From Candidatus Bipolaricaulota bacterium (GTDB lineage Bacteria > Bipolaricaulota > Bipolaricaulia > UBA7950 > UBA9294), in the NCBI GenBank assembly GCA_023132915.1, contig JAGLXM010000283.1, positions 1-47,164 on the forward strand: a stretch of DNA of 47,164 nucleotides, written 5' to 3'. Below the pieces are notes generated by a model. The model did not search any database. It had not been told where the DNA came from and saw only the letters and a program-made list of their open reading frames with translations. Positions 9,220 through 18,127 of this stretch are shown piece by piece (the first letter of the stretch is position 1; the number at the start of each line of letters is the position of its first letter). Both the position numbers and the translations under genes were made by a program.

Positions 9220-9339
9220 CTAAATGGCCTCCGCTACCTGAAGAAGATTATCGGAAGTCGTGGCCCTTATCACCGCTACAACTCCGGTGTCTAACATCAG
9301 TTGAAGATTCTCTTCGGCTGGGTTCATAAATGCGATCAT
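9220..9339 (-). pseudogene. Truncated second KDPG-aldolase (eda-like) 5' fragment
   Basis: Hand translation after SD AGGAG: MIAFMNPAEENLQLMLDTGVVAVIRATTSDNLLQVAEAI-stop, which aligns with AGVLGVIRVQAAEDLVGIARAL of the intact Eda. Confidence 0.7.
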
Positions 9340-9407
9340 CTATATCTACTCCTTCTCGTGTTTATAGACCAAAATTCCATTTCTCACGTGGATCGTTTAA
9401 ATACCCG

Positions 9408-10316
9408 CTAAACTACCAGTTCGGTTCCCACTTTATGTGATATCAGCAAATCTCGAACGCGATTCAGATGCTCTCTGGTGGGTGGTTCAAGACCCTGTAG
9501 CCCGTATTCTCTCCCTAACATCTTGTACTTTGAGACTCCTAGTCGATGATACGGTAAAAGATCCACTCTCAAAGCCAAGACCTCTTTAGTTAGTTCAATT
9601 AACTCATTGATATTCTCCTTCGAGTCATTTATTTTTGGTATTATAGCAAGCCGTATTATTATTGGCATCTTTTTCTGCCCCATTCGTCTAACATTCTCCA
9701 ATATCAGCTCGTTACTTGCCCCAGTATACGCTTTGTGCTTGAGTGGGTTCATGTGTTTAATATCATAGAGTGTTATATCAACATACTTTATAATCTTTTC
9801 TAAATCGCTCCACTGCCCATAACCGCTTGTATCCAATACCGTGTGAATCCCTCTCTCCTTGCATGCTTTAAGAATCTCTCTAGTGAACTCTGGTTGAGCG
9901 AGCGGCTCACCCCCTGATATTGTGACGCCGCCATCAGATGATCGATAGAACGGTATGTCCTTCTCGACCGCTTTTAGAACTTCTTCGACTGAGACCCTTT
10001 GTCCGATAACTGTTAGGGCGTTAGAGTAGCATACCTTTGCACACTCGTTGCATTTCACCTTACACAAATCTCTGCTGATCTTAATTCCTTGCCTTTCATC
10101 TTTTTCCATGGCATTTGCTGGGCATGTCTTTATACATTCCTCGCACCCATCGATATGAAGATTCGCATTGTACATTATCTCAGGCGATGAGCGCTGAGAT
10201 TCGGGATTACTGCACCATACACACCTAAGGGGACACCCTTTTAGAAACACGGTAGTCCTTATTCCCGGCCCATCATCTAGCCGAGACCTTTGTATGTCGA
10301 ATATCAATCCTTCCAT
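9408..10316 (-). CDS. Glycyl-radical-enzyme activating enzyme (radical SAM, ferredoxin insert)
   Basis: DGPGIRTTVFLKGCPLRCVWCSNPES (CX3CX2C), Cys-rich insert, GGVTISGGEP, LLPYHRLG; SD AAGGAGG. Confidence 0.93.
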   Translation of the reverse strand: MEGLIFDIQRSRLDDGPGIRTTVFLKGCPLRCVWCSNPESQRSSPEIMYNANLHIDGCEECIKTCPANAMEKDERQGIKISRDLCKVKCNECAKVCYSNALTVIGQRVSVEEVLKAVEKDIPFYRSSDGGVTISGGEPLAQPEFTREILKACKERGIHTVLDTSGYGQWSDLEKIIKYVDITLYDIKHMNPLKHKAYTGASNELILENVRRMGQKKMPIIIRLAIIPKINDSKENINELIELTKEVLALRVDLLPYHRLGVSKYKMLGREYGLQGLEPPTREHLNRVRDLLISHKVGTELVV

Positions 10317-10343
10317 TCTCCTCCTTCGGATGTATATCGAAGC

Positions 10344-12719
10344 TCAAGATGCTTCAAATTCAGTTCTGCTTAAAATTTCATCCTGAAGTTCTTTGCTGAG
10401 TTGGTTCCATGGAGCAACGTAAGCTGCAACTCTCACCATAAGCTCGGGGTACCTCTCCGGATGTTTTTGGGCTTCCTTTAACACTCTAATATCAACAATA
10501 TTAAATTGTATATGGAATCCGCCAAGGCTCAGATATGTCTTGATCAGCTTCGCGAAGTTTCGAAGCCGTTCTTTACCCGTCAGGGTGTGCACATTAAACC
10601 TCATGTTTAACAAAGTTCCATTCGCTACTAGCGCATGATCCTGTTTTACCATCGATTTCAAGACAGCGGTGGGGCCACTCTTCGCTTGCCCTTGTACTGG
10701 CGAATGCGCATCCGATAAGGGTGCCTTCGCCTTACGGCCGTCGGGGGTCGCACCAACGTATTCTCCAAGGGCATCATGAGATGACACAGAAAAGGTTCCC
10801 GGTAGAAATGGCCCCCCTCTCAGGTTCCTATACCAGTGTACCTCATTGCAGTAATGTCCAACGATCTCGCAGGCCAGATGATCCACTTCGTCTATATCAT
10901 TTCCGAACTTTGGTGGCTCGTTCAATAGCCTTTGCCTTAGCATCTCCCGCTCCTTAAAATCGCTGTTCAGAGATTCGAGCAAAGTTTCCATGCTGATAGC
11001 TCTCTCATCGAATATGAGTCTCTTTACGGCTATTAGAGAATCTGCGGCTGTCGCCATCCCTACTCCCTGGATACCTGTGAAGTTATAGAGGGCACCGCCG
11101 TGATTTACCTCCCGTCCGCTCTCTAAGCATCCGTCCACTAAGATGGATTCCAATGGTTCCGGCCACCGCTCTTTATGAGATAGCTCAACAGCATGTAAGG
11201 CTTGTACCAGCAAGCGAACTCCATTTGCAATTTGTTTCTCAAATGCATCCTTCAATTCACTAAACGACCTGAACTCCGTGGCTTTCCCTGTAGCTGGGCC
11301 TATTTTGTTATTAGTCTCCGGATCAATTCCGTTGTTTAGCGCTAATTCGAGACATTTAGCGAGATTTAGCGAGCCAGCGTTGCTCCATCCCCATGTTTTC
11401 CCAGGGATGGAGTTCTCAACGCAGCCTACGAATGCATAATTTCCCTCCGCCTCTTTTGGGGGTATACCCGCATTGATTAATGATTGGATACCGACATGCA
11501 CATTAAAGAATTTTGGCTTGTTAGTCTTTGGCACGAGCTTAGCTGCCTTGAGCAGAAACTCATCGCTCATCTTGTTCGTCCAGAGCACCGCAACGTCTGG
11601 TTGAGGGAGTCTAACCTCCTCCTCTACTTCGAGCATTAACTCCGAAAGCTCATTTGTGGCGTCCTCTCCCTCAGGAGTTAATCCCCCTAACTCGGGGGGA
11701 TCAGTTACAGGGAAACCAGCATACAATCTTGCGCCTTTATTGCTATACAATTTAAGAATTTCACTACACTTTAACCAAAAGCTGACTAATAAATCTTTAG
11801 CTTCATCTTTCGTTAAGTCGTGTTCTTTAACGCCACTTCTGAAATACGGATATAGATATTGATCCATCCTCCCAAGTGTCACACCGTAACCATTTGAATC
11901 TATATGAAGGATAACATGAATGAGCCACAATCCTTGCAGAGCTTCGTAAAAGGTTCGTGCTGGTTTAGCTGGTACCTGATCAAGCACTTCTACTATCTGC
12001 AGTAACTCTTTCCTCCTTTGCAAATCTCTTTCATCCTCGGCTAGACCTTTTGCAAGTTCCCTATACCGTTTAGCATAAGCCTTGACCGCCTCACAGCAAA
12101 TTAAACACGCTTTGTAAAATATGTTTTTGGAAAATTCCTCTGGGTTCTCTAAGCGCAAGGCGCTCATTCTATCTTTTATCGATTGTTCCATTCCGTTAAG
12201 ACCCTGCCTCAATACTCTTTCATAATTTGGTATGAAGTGACCAACTCCACTAATTAACATGTTTTCAAAACAAATTAACCCCGAATCATTAGCTTTTTTA
12301 GAATCCGCGGGCATTATTGAAAGGGCAAGATCTTTCAGCGTTTTCCCCAACCACCATGGAAGTGTCTCCCGCAACTTTCCTTTGACTTCTGCCGGCACTA
12401 TAAACTTATCTCCAGGCCTTGTTTCATATGTGTCCATTTCATTTAAAATATGATCTACGGCACCTTCCGGGTAAACTGGGGCAGATATAGGTTCAGGCCC
12501 TAAATTCCCTACAATAAGCTCATGAGGTTGAATATATATGGTCATCTCACTTAATATCTTCTTTAATGCCTTAGCTCGTCTTAGTATTTGGGGCTCCCCC
12601 TCAGTAGTCTTATAGATTTCCGTAATAAGTTTCGCTCTCTCTGAAGTAAGCTTGGGCTTTATCAGTCTTGCTAAGATCTTCTCTCTTACTTGTTTAATTT
12701 CTTCTTTTCTTAACATCAT
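10344..12719 (-). CDS. Glycyl-radical-enzyme (PFL2/dehydratase-like) homologue with Gly-to-Ala at the radical site; candidate aminoacyl radical enzyme
   Basis: ILRRAKAL, ELIVG, GRMDQYLYPY, GCVE Cys loop, PKFGNDIDEVD, ATPDGRKA, HIQFNIV. Radical loop reads LMVRVAAYVA (GCT codon at 10424-10422). Confidence 0.9.
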   Translation of the reverse strand: MMLRKEEIKQVREKILARLIKPKLTSERAKLITEIYKTTEGEPQILRRAKALKKILSEMTIYIQPHELIVGNLGPEPISAPVYPEGAVDHILNEMDTYETRPGDKFIVPAEVKGKLRETLPWWLGKTLKDLALSIMPADSKKANDSGLICFENMLISGVGHFIPNYERVLRQGLNGMEQSIKDRMSALRLENPEEFSKNIFYKACLICCEAVKAYAKRYRELAKGLAEDERDLQRRKELLQIVEVLDQVPAKPARTFYEALQGLWLIHVILHIDSNGYGVTLGRMDQYLYPYFRSGVKEHDLTKDEAKDLLVSFWLKCSEILKLYSNKGARLYAGFPVTDPPELGGLTPEGEDATNELSELMLEVEEEVRLPQPDVAVLWTNKMSDEFLLKAAKLVPKTNKPKFFNVHVGIQSLINAGIPPKEAEGNYAFVGCVENSIPGKTWGWSNAGSLNLAKCLELALNNGIDPETNNKIGPATGKATEFRSFSELKDAFEKQIANGVRLLVQALHAVELSHKERWPEPLESILVDGCLESGREVNHGGALYNFTGIQGVGMATAADSLIAVKRLIFDERAISMETLLESLNSDFKEREMLRQRLLNEPPKFGNDIDEVDHLACEIVGHYCNEVHWYRNLRGGPFLPGTFSVSSHDALGEYVGATPDGRKAKAPLSDAHSPVQGQAKSGPTAVLKSMVKQDHALVANGTLLNMRFNVHTLTGKERLRNFAKLIKTYLSLGGFHIQFNIVDIRVLKEAQKHPERYPELMVRVAAYVAPWNQLSKELQDEILSRTEFEAS

Positions 12720-13896
12720 TTCTTTGTCTCCCCGCAGCTAATTCCTGAAAGACTTCTCCCATCCTTTTTACGCCTTTCCGGATGTTCTCAGTTGAGTTGG
12801 CAAAACAAACCCGGATATAGCCCTCGCCTTCCGCGCCAAAAGCGCTGCCTGGAGCTACTGCTACTCGAGCCTTTTCGAGAAGCAACCTTGAAAGATCAAA
12901 CGAAGGAATCCCAAACTGACGAATGTCCACGAAAGCATAGAAAGTCCCCCTGGGTTTGAAGACCTTCAATCCAGGGATCTGAGCGAGTTCTGCGATAAGA
13001 ATGTCTCGTCTACGTTCATACTCCTTGACCATCTTCAGCGGAATTTCCACCGGCAACTCCAGGGCAGCCAAGGCGGCCATCTGGGAAACAGAGCTTGTAC
13101 AAGCAGAGGTATGCTCATGGAGTTTGGCAGTCTTATCTGCAAGTTGTTTTGGTGCTGCCAGATAACCCACGCGCCACCCGGTCATCGCATAGGATTTGGA
13201 GAAGGTTCGTAAGATAACGGTCCTTTCTTTCATTCTTTCTAGGGAAGCGATGCTCAGGAACTTCTTCCCATCGAACACAAGGCTCTCATAGGCCTCATCG
13301 GAGAAAACCAGGAGATCATTCGCCCTCGCTACATCCGCGATTACTTCTAAGTCCTCCCGATCCAGAACCGCTCCAGTAGGATTGTGCGGATAGTTAATGA
13401 GAAGCACTTTTGTATTCTCTGTGATCGAGTTTTTTAAGGTCTCTGTCACAAGTTTGAATTCATGCTTCTGCTCAAGCACAAGCTTTTTATATTTTCCGCC
13501 CGCTAAAAGGACGTGGGCCGGGTAGTTCGGCCAGTGTGGCGAGGGTAGCAGAACCTCGTCTCCTTTATTAAGAGTTACTAACATTATGAGGAGAAGAGCT
13601 TCCATTCCTCCGGCTGTAATGACGATTTCGTCCGGATCGAATTGCACTTCAAGCTCTTCGGTAAGTTTAGCCGCGAGCTTTTCCCGAAGACTTTTGATTC
13701 CCGCGCTTGGCGTATAGTGGGTCATCCCTTTCTTCGCCGCCTCAAATGCAGCTTCTACAATGGGTAAAGGAGTATCAAAGTCAGGTTCACCGATCTCAAA
13801 GTGGATTACGTCTTCCATCTTCCCTGCTAAATCAAATATCTCACGAATCCCTGAATAAGGCAGGTTCTTTGCACGCTGAGATATAAAGCTACTCAT
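12694..13896 (-). CDS. PLP-dependent aminotransferase class I/II (aspartate aminotransferase-like)
   Basis: IGEPDF, NYPHNPTG, SDEAY, SKSYAMTGWRVG. Confidence 0.9.
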   Translation of the reverse strand: MSSFISQRAKNLPYSGIREIFDLAGKMEDVIHFEIGEPDFDTPLPIVEAAFEAAKKGMTHYTPSAGIKSLREKLAAKLTEELEVQFDPDEIVITAGGMEALLLIMLVTLNKGDEVLLPSPHWPNYPAHVLLAGGKYKKLVLEQKHEFKLVTETLKNSITENTKVLLINYPHNPTGAVLDREDLEVIADVARANDLLVFSDEAYESLVFDGKKFLSIASLERMKERTVILRTFSKSYAMTGWRVGYLAAPKQLADKTAKLHEHTSACTSSVSQMAALAALELPVEIPLKMVKEYERRRDILIAELAQIPGLKVFKPRGTFYAFVDIRQFGIPSFDLSRLLLEKARVAVAPGSAFGAEGEGYIRVCFANSTENIRKGVKRMGEVFQELAAGRQRNDVKKRRN

Positions 13897-15146
13897 AGTG
13901 CCTCTTCCTCCTTATAAATACACTGGGCTGCCGACATAGCTCGTTCCACGTCTACATCAGCTCCAAGGTCACGCAGAGCCATGCCAAAAGCGAAAATCGC
14001 GTAAAGTACTTTGTGATATCTCGCAGCTTCTCCCATTGTTCCAAATCGGACGTAGTTCCTACCTATCTGGGATTTGTAGACATCCCACGACATCATGTTG
14101 GCATCGCCTAGGATCACCCTATACTGTTCGAATAGTTGCTTACGGATCTGGTAATCCTCGATACCGTTAGACAAAAAAATCGCGGACACCGCGTTGTCGG
14201 CATACCGATCATCCTGACAGATGTAGCCCAACCCCATCGCCTTTACCGCCGATCGCACTGCCTTTCCCGCGATCTCGTGTCGCGCGATGCTCCTTTCCAG
14301 CCCTTCCTCCTTGAGCTGCTTCAGAGAAGCCCACACCCCTTGGATAATCACAAATGACGGGGATGCCGGATGAGGCGCTTCTTCTAGATGAAACTCAAAC
14401 TTGTTACCACCGGCCGCCCAGTTCTTCTGCTCGGTCCGCGCCATGTTTAGATAATCCTTGCAGGCCAGCAGATTCATGTAGAACCCACGAATCCGCTCCC
14501 TTCGCCCTCGGATCCGTTCCCACGCTCGCGGACTGACCGAGACAAACGTGTTCCCTTGCGGTGCCCCGAGACACTTCTGGCCATTTACCACACACAAATC
14601 AATGTTCCAGTCATCCACACGCAGTTCCTCACTGGCAAAAGAGGAAATAGCATCCACCACGTAAAGAAGGTTTCGCTCCCGAGCTAGCTGCCCAATTTCC
14701 TCCAGTGGATTCGCCACGCCAACGCTGGTTTCCCCGTGAACGACACCGATCCCTTTGAGGTTTCTCTCTTTATCGAGGGCCACTGCAATGACTCCAGGAT
14801 CAACAGGCGTTCCTAACTCGAAGGGGACCTTAACTGGGACCGCACCGGCAGCTTGCGTCATCAAACTCATGATTTCACCAAACATGCCATTGTGTGCAAT
14901 GAGAAAGCGGTCGCCTGGCTCGAGAATCGAGTTCAAGGAAGCTTCTATCCCCGAGGTTCCAGTCCCAAAGACAATTATAATTTCATTCTTCGTACCTAAG
15001 AATTCCTGTAGCAAAGCGAGTGCTTCCTCCTCCATTTGCCAGAATGGCGGAGAATAGATAGTAATAACGTCTTTTCCCAAGGTCCTCTTGCACTTTTCTG
15101 TCAACTCTGTCTGACCGCAGCTCATATTGAACGCTTCCTGATTCAT
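13893..15146 (-). CDS. PLP-dependent aminotransferase class V (alanine-glyoxylate/serine-pyruvate type)
   Basis: GTGTSGIEA, VHGETSVG, VDAISS, GQKCLGAPQG, RFGTMG. Confidence 0.88.
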   Translation of the reverse strand: MNQEAFNMSCGQTELTEKCKRTLGKDVITIYSPPFWQMEEEALALLQEFLGTKNEIIIVFGTGTSGIEASLNSILEPGDRFLIAHNGMFGEIMSLMTQAAGAVPVKVPFELGTPVDPGVIAVALDKERNLKGIGVVHGETSVGVANPLEEIGQLARERNLLYVVDAISSFASEELRVDDWNIDLCVVNGQKCLGAPQGNTFVSVSPRAWERIRGRRERIRGFYMNLLACKDYLNMARTEQKNWAAGGNKFEFHLEEAPHPASPSFVIIQGVWASLKQLKEEGLERSIARHEIAGKAVRSAVKAMGLGYICQDDRYADNAVSAIFLSNGIEDYQIRKQLFEQYRVILGDANMMSWDVYKSQIGRNYVRFGTMGEAARYHKVLYAIFAFGMALRDLGADVDVERAMSAAQCIYKEEEAL

Positions 15147-15162
15147 AAAAGACCTCCCTTGG

Positions 15163-15507
15163 ATACCCCCCAGCTTACTGGGGGAAGGAAAGCGGAGATT
15201 CGCCGTAGGCGAATCTGCTTGTTAGTAGGGGCTACATGAGTTCTATCAGAAATGTCCGGTTGCAAGGTTGGGCGGAGACAATCGCTGCCGAGAATCTCGC
15301 GGGGAGAAGTCCCTTTAACGTCGAGGATAACCCCCTCAACGTCGGAGGTAAGCTCCGACGCTACGAAGAGATGGCCGTAGCGGCGCACCTTGTGTGCGAC
15401 GTTACCTTGGGTGTGATAAAGCAGTACATCAAATTGCACCATGAGGACCAACTCCGCTTAGATCTTTAGGTCTTGCTTTTCAATGCCCCGCAGCTTGCTG
15501 CGGGGTT
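15163..15507 (+). mobile_element. Internally deleted IS200/IS605-family remnant with REP-like hairpins
   Basis: Related hairpins at both ends: CCCCCAG-CTTA-CTGGGGG (15167-15184) and CCCCGCAG-CTTG-CTGCGGGG (15486-15505). Residual Y1-TnpA-like tail VTLGVIKQYIKLH...stop at 15401-15469. Confidence 0.7.
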
Positions 15508-15509
15508 CT

Positions 15510-17411
15510 TTACTCCCTGACGAACTTCTCCTTTAGGAAGTTGAGTCCCAAGTCCTGCAGCTTCTTAGCCGTTGGCACACCAGTTTTCGTATTCCAACCT
15601 CGAAGTTTGTAGTACTCCTCAAGCATTTGGCCTAATTTCTCTTGCGTCAGGGTAGCCTCCCCTCTCTTTAAGCTCGGAGACGGCTCGAACATACGTGGGG
15701 GCAACACATCCAGATCGCGACAAGTTCGACCTTCTCGAAGGTTAAAAGCTCGCTCTAAGGTAACGATCTTTTCTCCTCTGTTTCTGATCTCATCAACTGA
15801 CATGGGAATCCCTGTCGCTGTTCCAAACATTGTCGCTAAGTTCTCAAAATTAATCCTGGTATACGACCAGGTGTCCGTAAACACGCAAATACCTAAGCAA
15901 TCAGACACGGAGTAGATATCTTCATGCCACGCCACCAGTTTAGGTTTTCCTTCCGGGGAAAGGGAGTCCACACCTTTCTCACTTCCACTCACTTCGATCG
16001 CAAGTTGACGGACTTCCGGGGTATACGCGAACTCCGCTAAACATTCCGTTGTTAGATGGTCAGGTCCTCTGGGATTCAGCGCAAAAGCCAACGCATAGCT
16101 CATTGATCCTCGAACATCAATCCCGGTCTGCTCCAGGCCATTCGCTTGTACGGCGAAGCTTTCTGCACCATGCCCGATCTTGCCAGCAGCGATGCGGCTA
16201 CCATCGGCCAACAGATCTCCAATGCCTTTTCGGCACGACATCATTTCTAACAGGGAAAGCATAGCGTCGGCATTCCCCCACGATAAATCTAATCCTCCCA
16301 AATCTTGCCCCTTCAGCAATCCCCGCTCATTACATTCCATCGCAAAAGAGACCATACTCCCAGCGGATACGATGTCCATTCCCATCAAATTACAGATCTC
16401 GTTTCCTTTAATGATCGCTGCGGCATCGGTAATATCACATTTGGAACCTAGCGAAACCAAGGTCTCATACTCTGGTCCAGCAGTATAGGCTCCTTTGTAA
16501 GGCCCGGATCGCACACGGGCGAAGCGGCCACAATGAAAGACACAAGAGGAGCAGGCCTCGGGATGTGCAAATTTTTCAGAGACATATTCTCCACTGATTT
16601 TATACACATCGGGAATAAACCCGTCTTGAAAATTCTTATGCGGGAGGGTTCCCCCTTCATTCGATCCTATAACCCCCTGTGCTGTACCAAACTTAAAGGA
16701 GCGGGTCCAGCAGTATTCGTCTTCGCGAAGAGCTCTGCGAGCAGCTAGTGCTGCCTCCATGAACTGATCGGGATCTGCAACGCTTATATCACCCGTACCG
16801 CGCACCGCGATGGCTTTCAGATTCTTCGAACCCATCACAGCTCCGACGCCACCTCGGGCAGCCGTACGGTAGATGGAGGCCATTATACTGGCGAAATTGA
16901 CCAAATTTTCTCCAGCTGGACCAATCATCGCGACTTTGATCTGATCATCCGCTAGCTCTTCCTTGATCAGTTGATCAGTCATCCGCGTATCCATCCCCCA
17001 GAGATGCTGAGCATCGCGAATCTCTACCTTCTCATCGTCGATCCACAGGTATACAGGATGATCTGCTCGCCCCAATACCACAATAAAATCGTACCCTGCA
17101 AACTTCAGTTCAGGAGCAAAATGAGAACCTACGTTGGCCTTCAAATACAGGTGTGTAGCCGGGGACTTACAGGTAATTGTCATTCGCCCTGAACATGGTG
17201 CAAACGTGCCTCCAAGGGTACCGGTCCCGAAAATCAAGGGATTTTCAGGGCTAAGTGGATCCAGCCCTTTATTCGTCAATTCCCAAAGCAACTTCGCGTT
17301 AACACCACGTCCTCCTAGGTATTCATAGAGGAGTGCCTCTTCCACAGGACGCTTTTCCACTTCTTCATGGGTAAGATCGACCCAAAGCATCTGGCCTGCT
17401 ATGCCGAACAT
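15510..17411 (-). CDS. Aldehyde:ferredoxin oxidoreductase (W/Mo-pterin, AOR family)
   Basis: YLGGRG, KSPAT, ELKFAGYD, IGPAGEN, GAVMGSKNLKAI, CSSCVFHC, GPEYET, RGPDH, YYKLRGW. Start ATG 17411 after SD GAGGTG. Confidence 0.93.
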   Translation of the reverse strand: MFGIAGQMLWVDLTHEEVEKRPVEEALLYEYLGGRGVNAKLLWELTNKGLDPLSPENPLIFGTGTLGGTFAPCSGRMTITCKSPATHLYLKANVGSHFAPELKFAGYDFIVVLGRADHPVYLWIDDEKVEIRDAQHLWGMDTRMTDQLIKEELADDQIKVAMIGPAGENLVNFASIMASIYRTAARGGVGAVMGSKNLKAIAVRGTGDISVADPDQFMEAALAARRALREDEYCWTRSFKFGTAQGVIGSNEGGTLPHKNFQDGFIPDVYKISGEYVSEKFAHPEACSSCVFHCGRFARVRSGPYKGAYTAGPEYETLVSLGSKCDITDAAAIIKGNEICNLMGMDIVSAGSMVSFAMECNERGLLKGQDLGGLDLSWGNADAMLSLLEMMSCRKGIGDLLADGSRIAAGKIGHGAESFAVQANGLEQTGIDVRGSMSYALAFALNPRGPDHLTTECLAEFAYTPEVRQLAIEVSGSEKGVDSLSPEGKPKLVAWHEDIYSVSDCLGICVFTDTWSYTRINFENLATMFGTATGIPMSVDEIRNRGEKIVTLERAFNLREGRTCRDLDVLPPRMFEPSPSLKRGEATLTQEKLGQMLEEYYKLRGWNTKTGVPTAKKLQDLGLNFLKEKFVRE

Positions 17412-17415
17412 GTTG

Positions 17416-17928
17416 TCATTCACCTCTTTCTGATTCCATGGACTGCAGCCGACGCTGAGCAACCTTTCTCACTCTTAGCCGAGCTGCCAATTTCTCCGGG
17501 ATCCACTGCAATGCTCCGGCTGTACAGTATTGGGCACAATAAGGCGTCGTTCCTAGGCTGGAACATAGGTCGCACTTCACCAATTTCCCATGAGCATCAA
17601 GGGAGATAGCTCCTATTGGACAGGCATTCACGCACTCACTGCACCCAACGCACTGCGTGGCATCATACTGGACTACTCCCCCCTCATCTTGAGAAAGAGC
17701 GTCGGTAGGGCAAACCGAAACGCAGGGAGCATCTGCGCACTGCTCGCACAGAATTGGAACGAAGTTCCCGCGGTTATCGTCTCTCCAAACCCGTATTCGT
17801 GAGCGCTCGTAGCTGAAGGCCTTCTCATGGACAAAAGAGCATATGAGCATACAGGTGTTGCAGCCTGTGCACTTCTCTGTATCGATGAATAACATCATGC
17901 GCTCGGCATTATCGGTCGAGATCGCCAT
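17416..17928 (-). CDS. 4Fe-4S ferredoxin subunit (DmsB/AOR-associated type)
   Basis: CTGCNTCMLIC, CEQCADAPCVSVCP, CVGCSECVNACP, KCDLC...PYCAQYC; SD AAGGAGGT before 17928. Confidence 0.9.
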   Translation of the reverse strand: MAISTDNAERMMLFIDTEKCTGCNTCMLICSFVHEKAFSYERSRIRVWRDDNRGNFVPILCEQCADAPCVSVCPTDALSQDEGGVVQYDATQCVGCSECVNACPIGAISLDAHGKLVKCDLCSSLGTTPYCAQYCTAGALQWIPEKLAARLRVRKVAQRRLQSMESERGE

Positions 17929-18127
17929 ATTCCAGACCTCCTTTCCCTGCAAATACAGCTTCTCCTCTTCTTGCTTTCAAGTAACTCCAACACCCGCGGC
18001 AGAAGTAGACCCCTTCCTCACCTGTTGGTGAGGAGACGGCGTGCTCCTTGCACAGTGCCAGGCCGCACAAGTGGCACTGAAAGATCGCAGGGTTTGGACA
18101 CCCGGTTACACCACATTTCCCTTTCAT
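17909..18127 (-). CDS. Small Cys/His-rich putative zinc-finger protein (72 aa)
   Basis: CGVTGC, CHLC, CKEH, CRGC; ATGA overlap with the DUF917 stop and SD GGAGG. Confidence 0.65.
   Translation of the reverse strand: MKGKCGVTGCPNPAIFQCHLCGLALCKEHAVSSPTGEEGVYFCRGCWSYLKARRGEAVFAGKGGLEYGDLDR

Noticed and set aside
10344-12719. Calling the GRE pflB, cutC or hypD, or calling it a pseudogene
   Set aside because: Single-Cys GCVE loop (not the PFL CC pair), no microcompartment or proline-reductase context, and no sign of decay; a specific function cannot be assigned by eye.
15143-15469. ORFs 15143-15451 (-) and 15236-15469 (+) as a transposase
   Set aside because: No HUH motif; only the last ~22 codons of the plus ORF resemble a TnpA tail.
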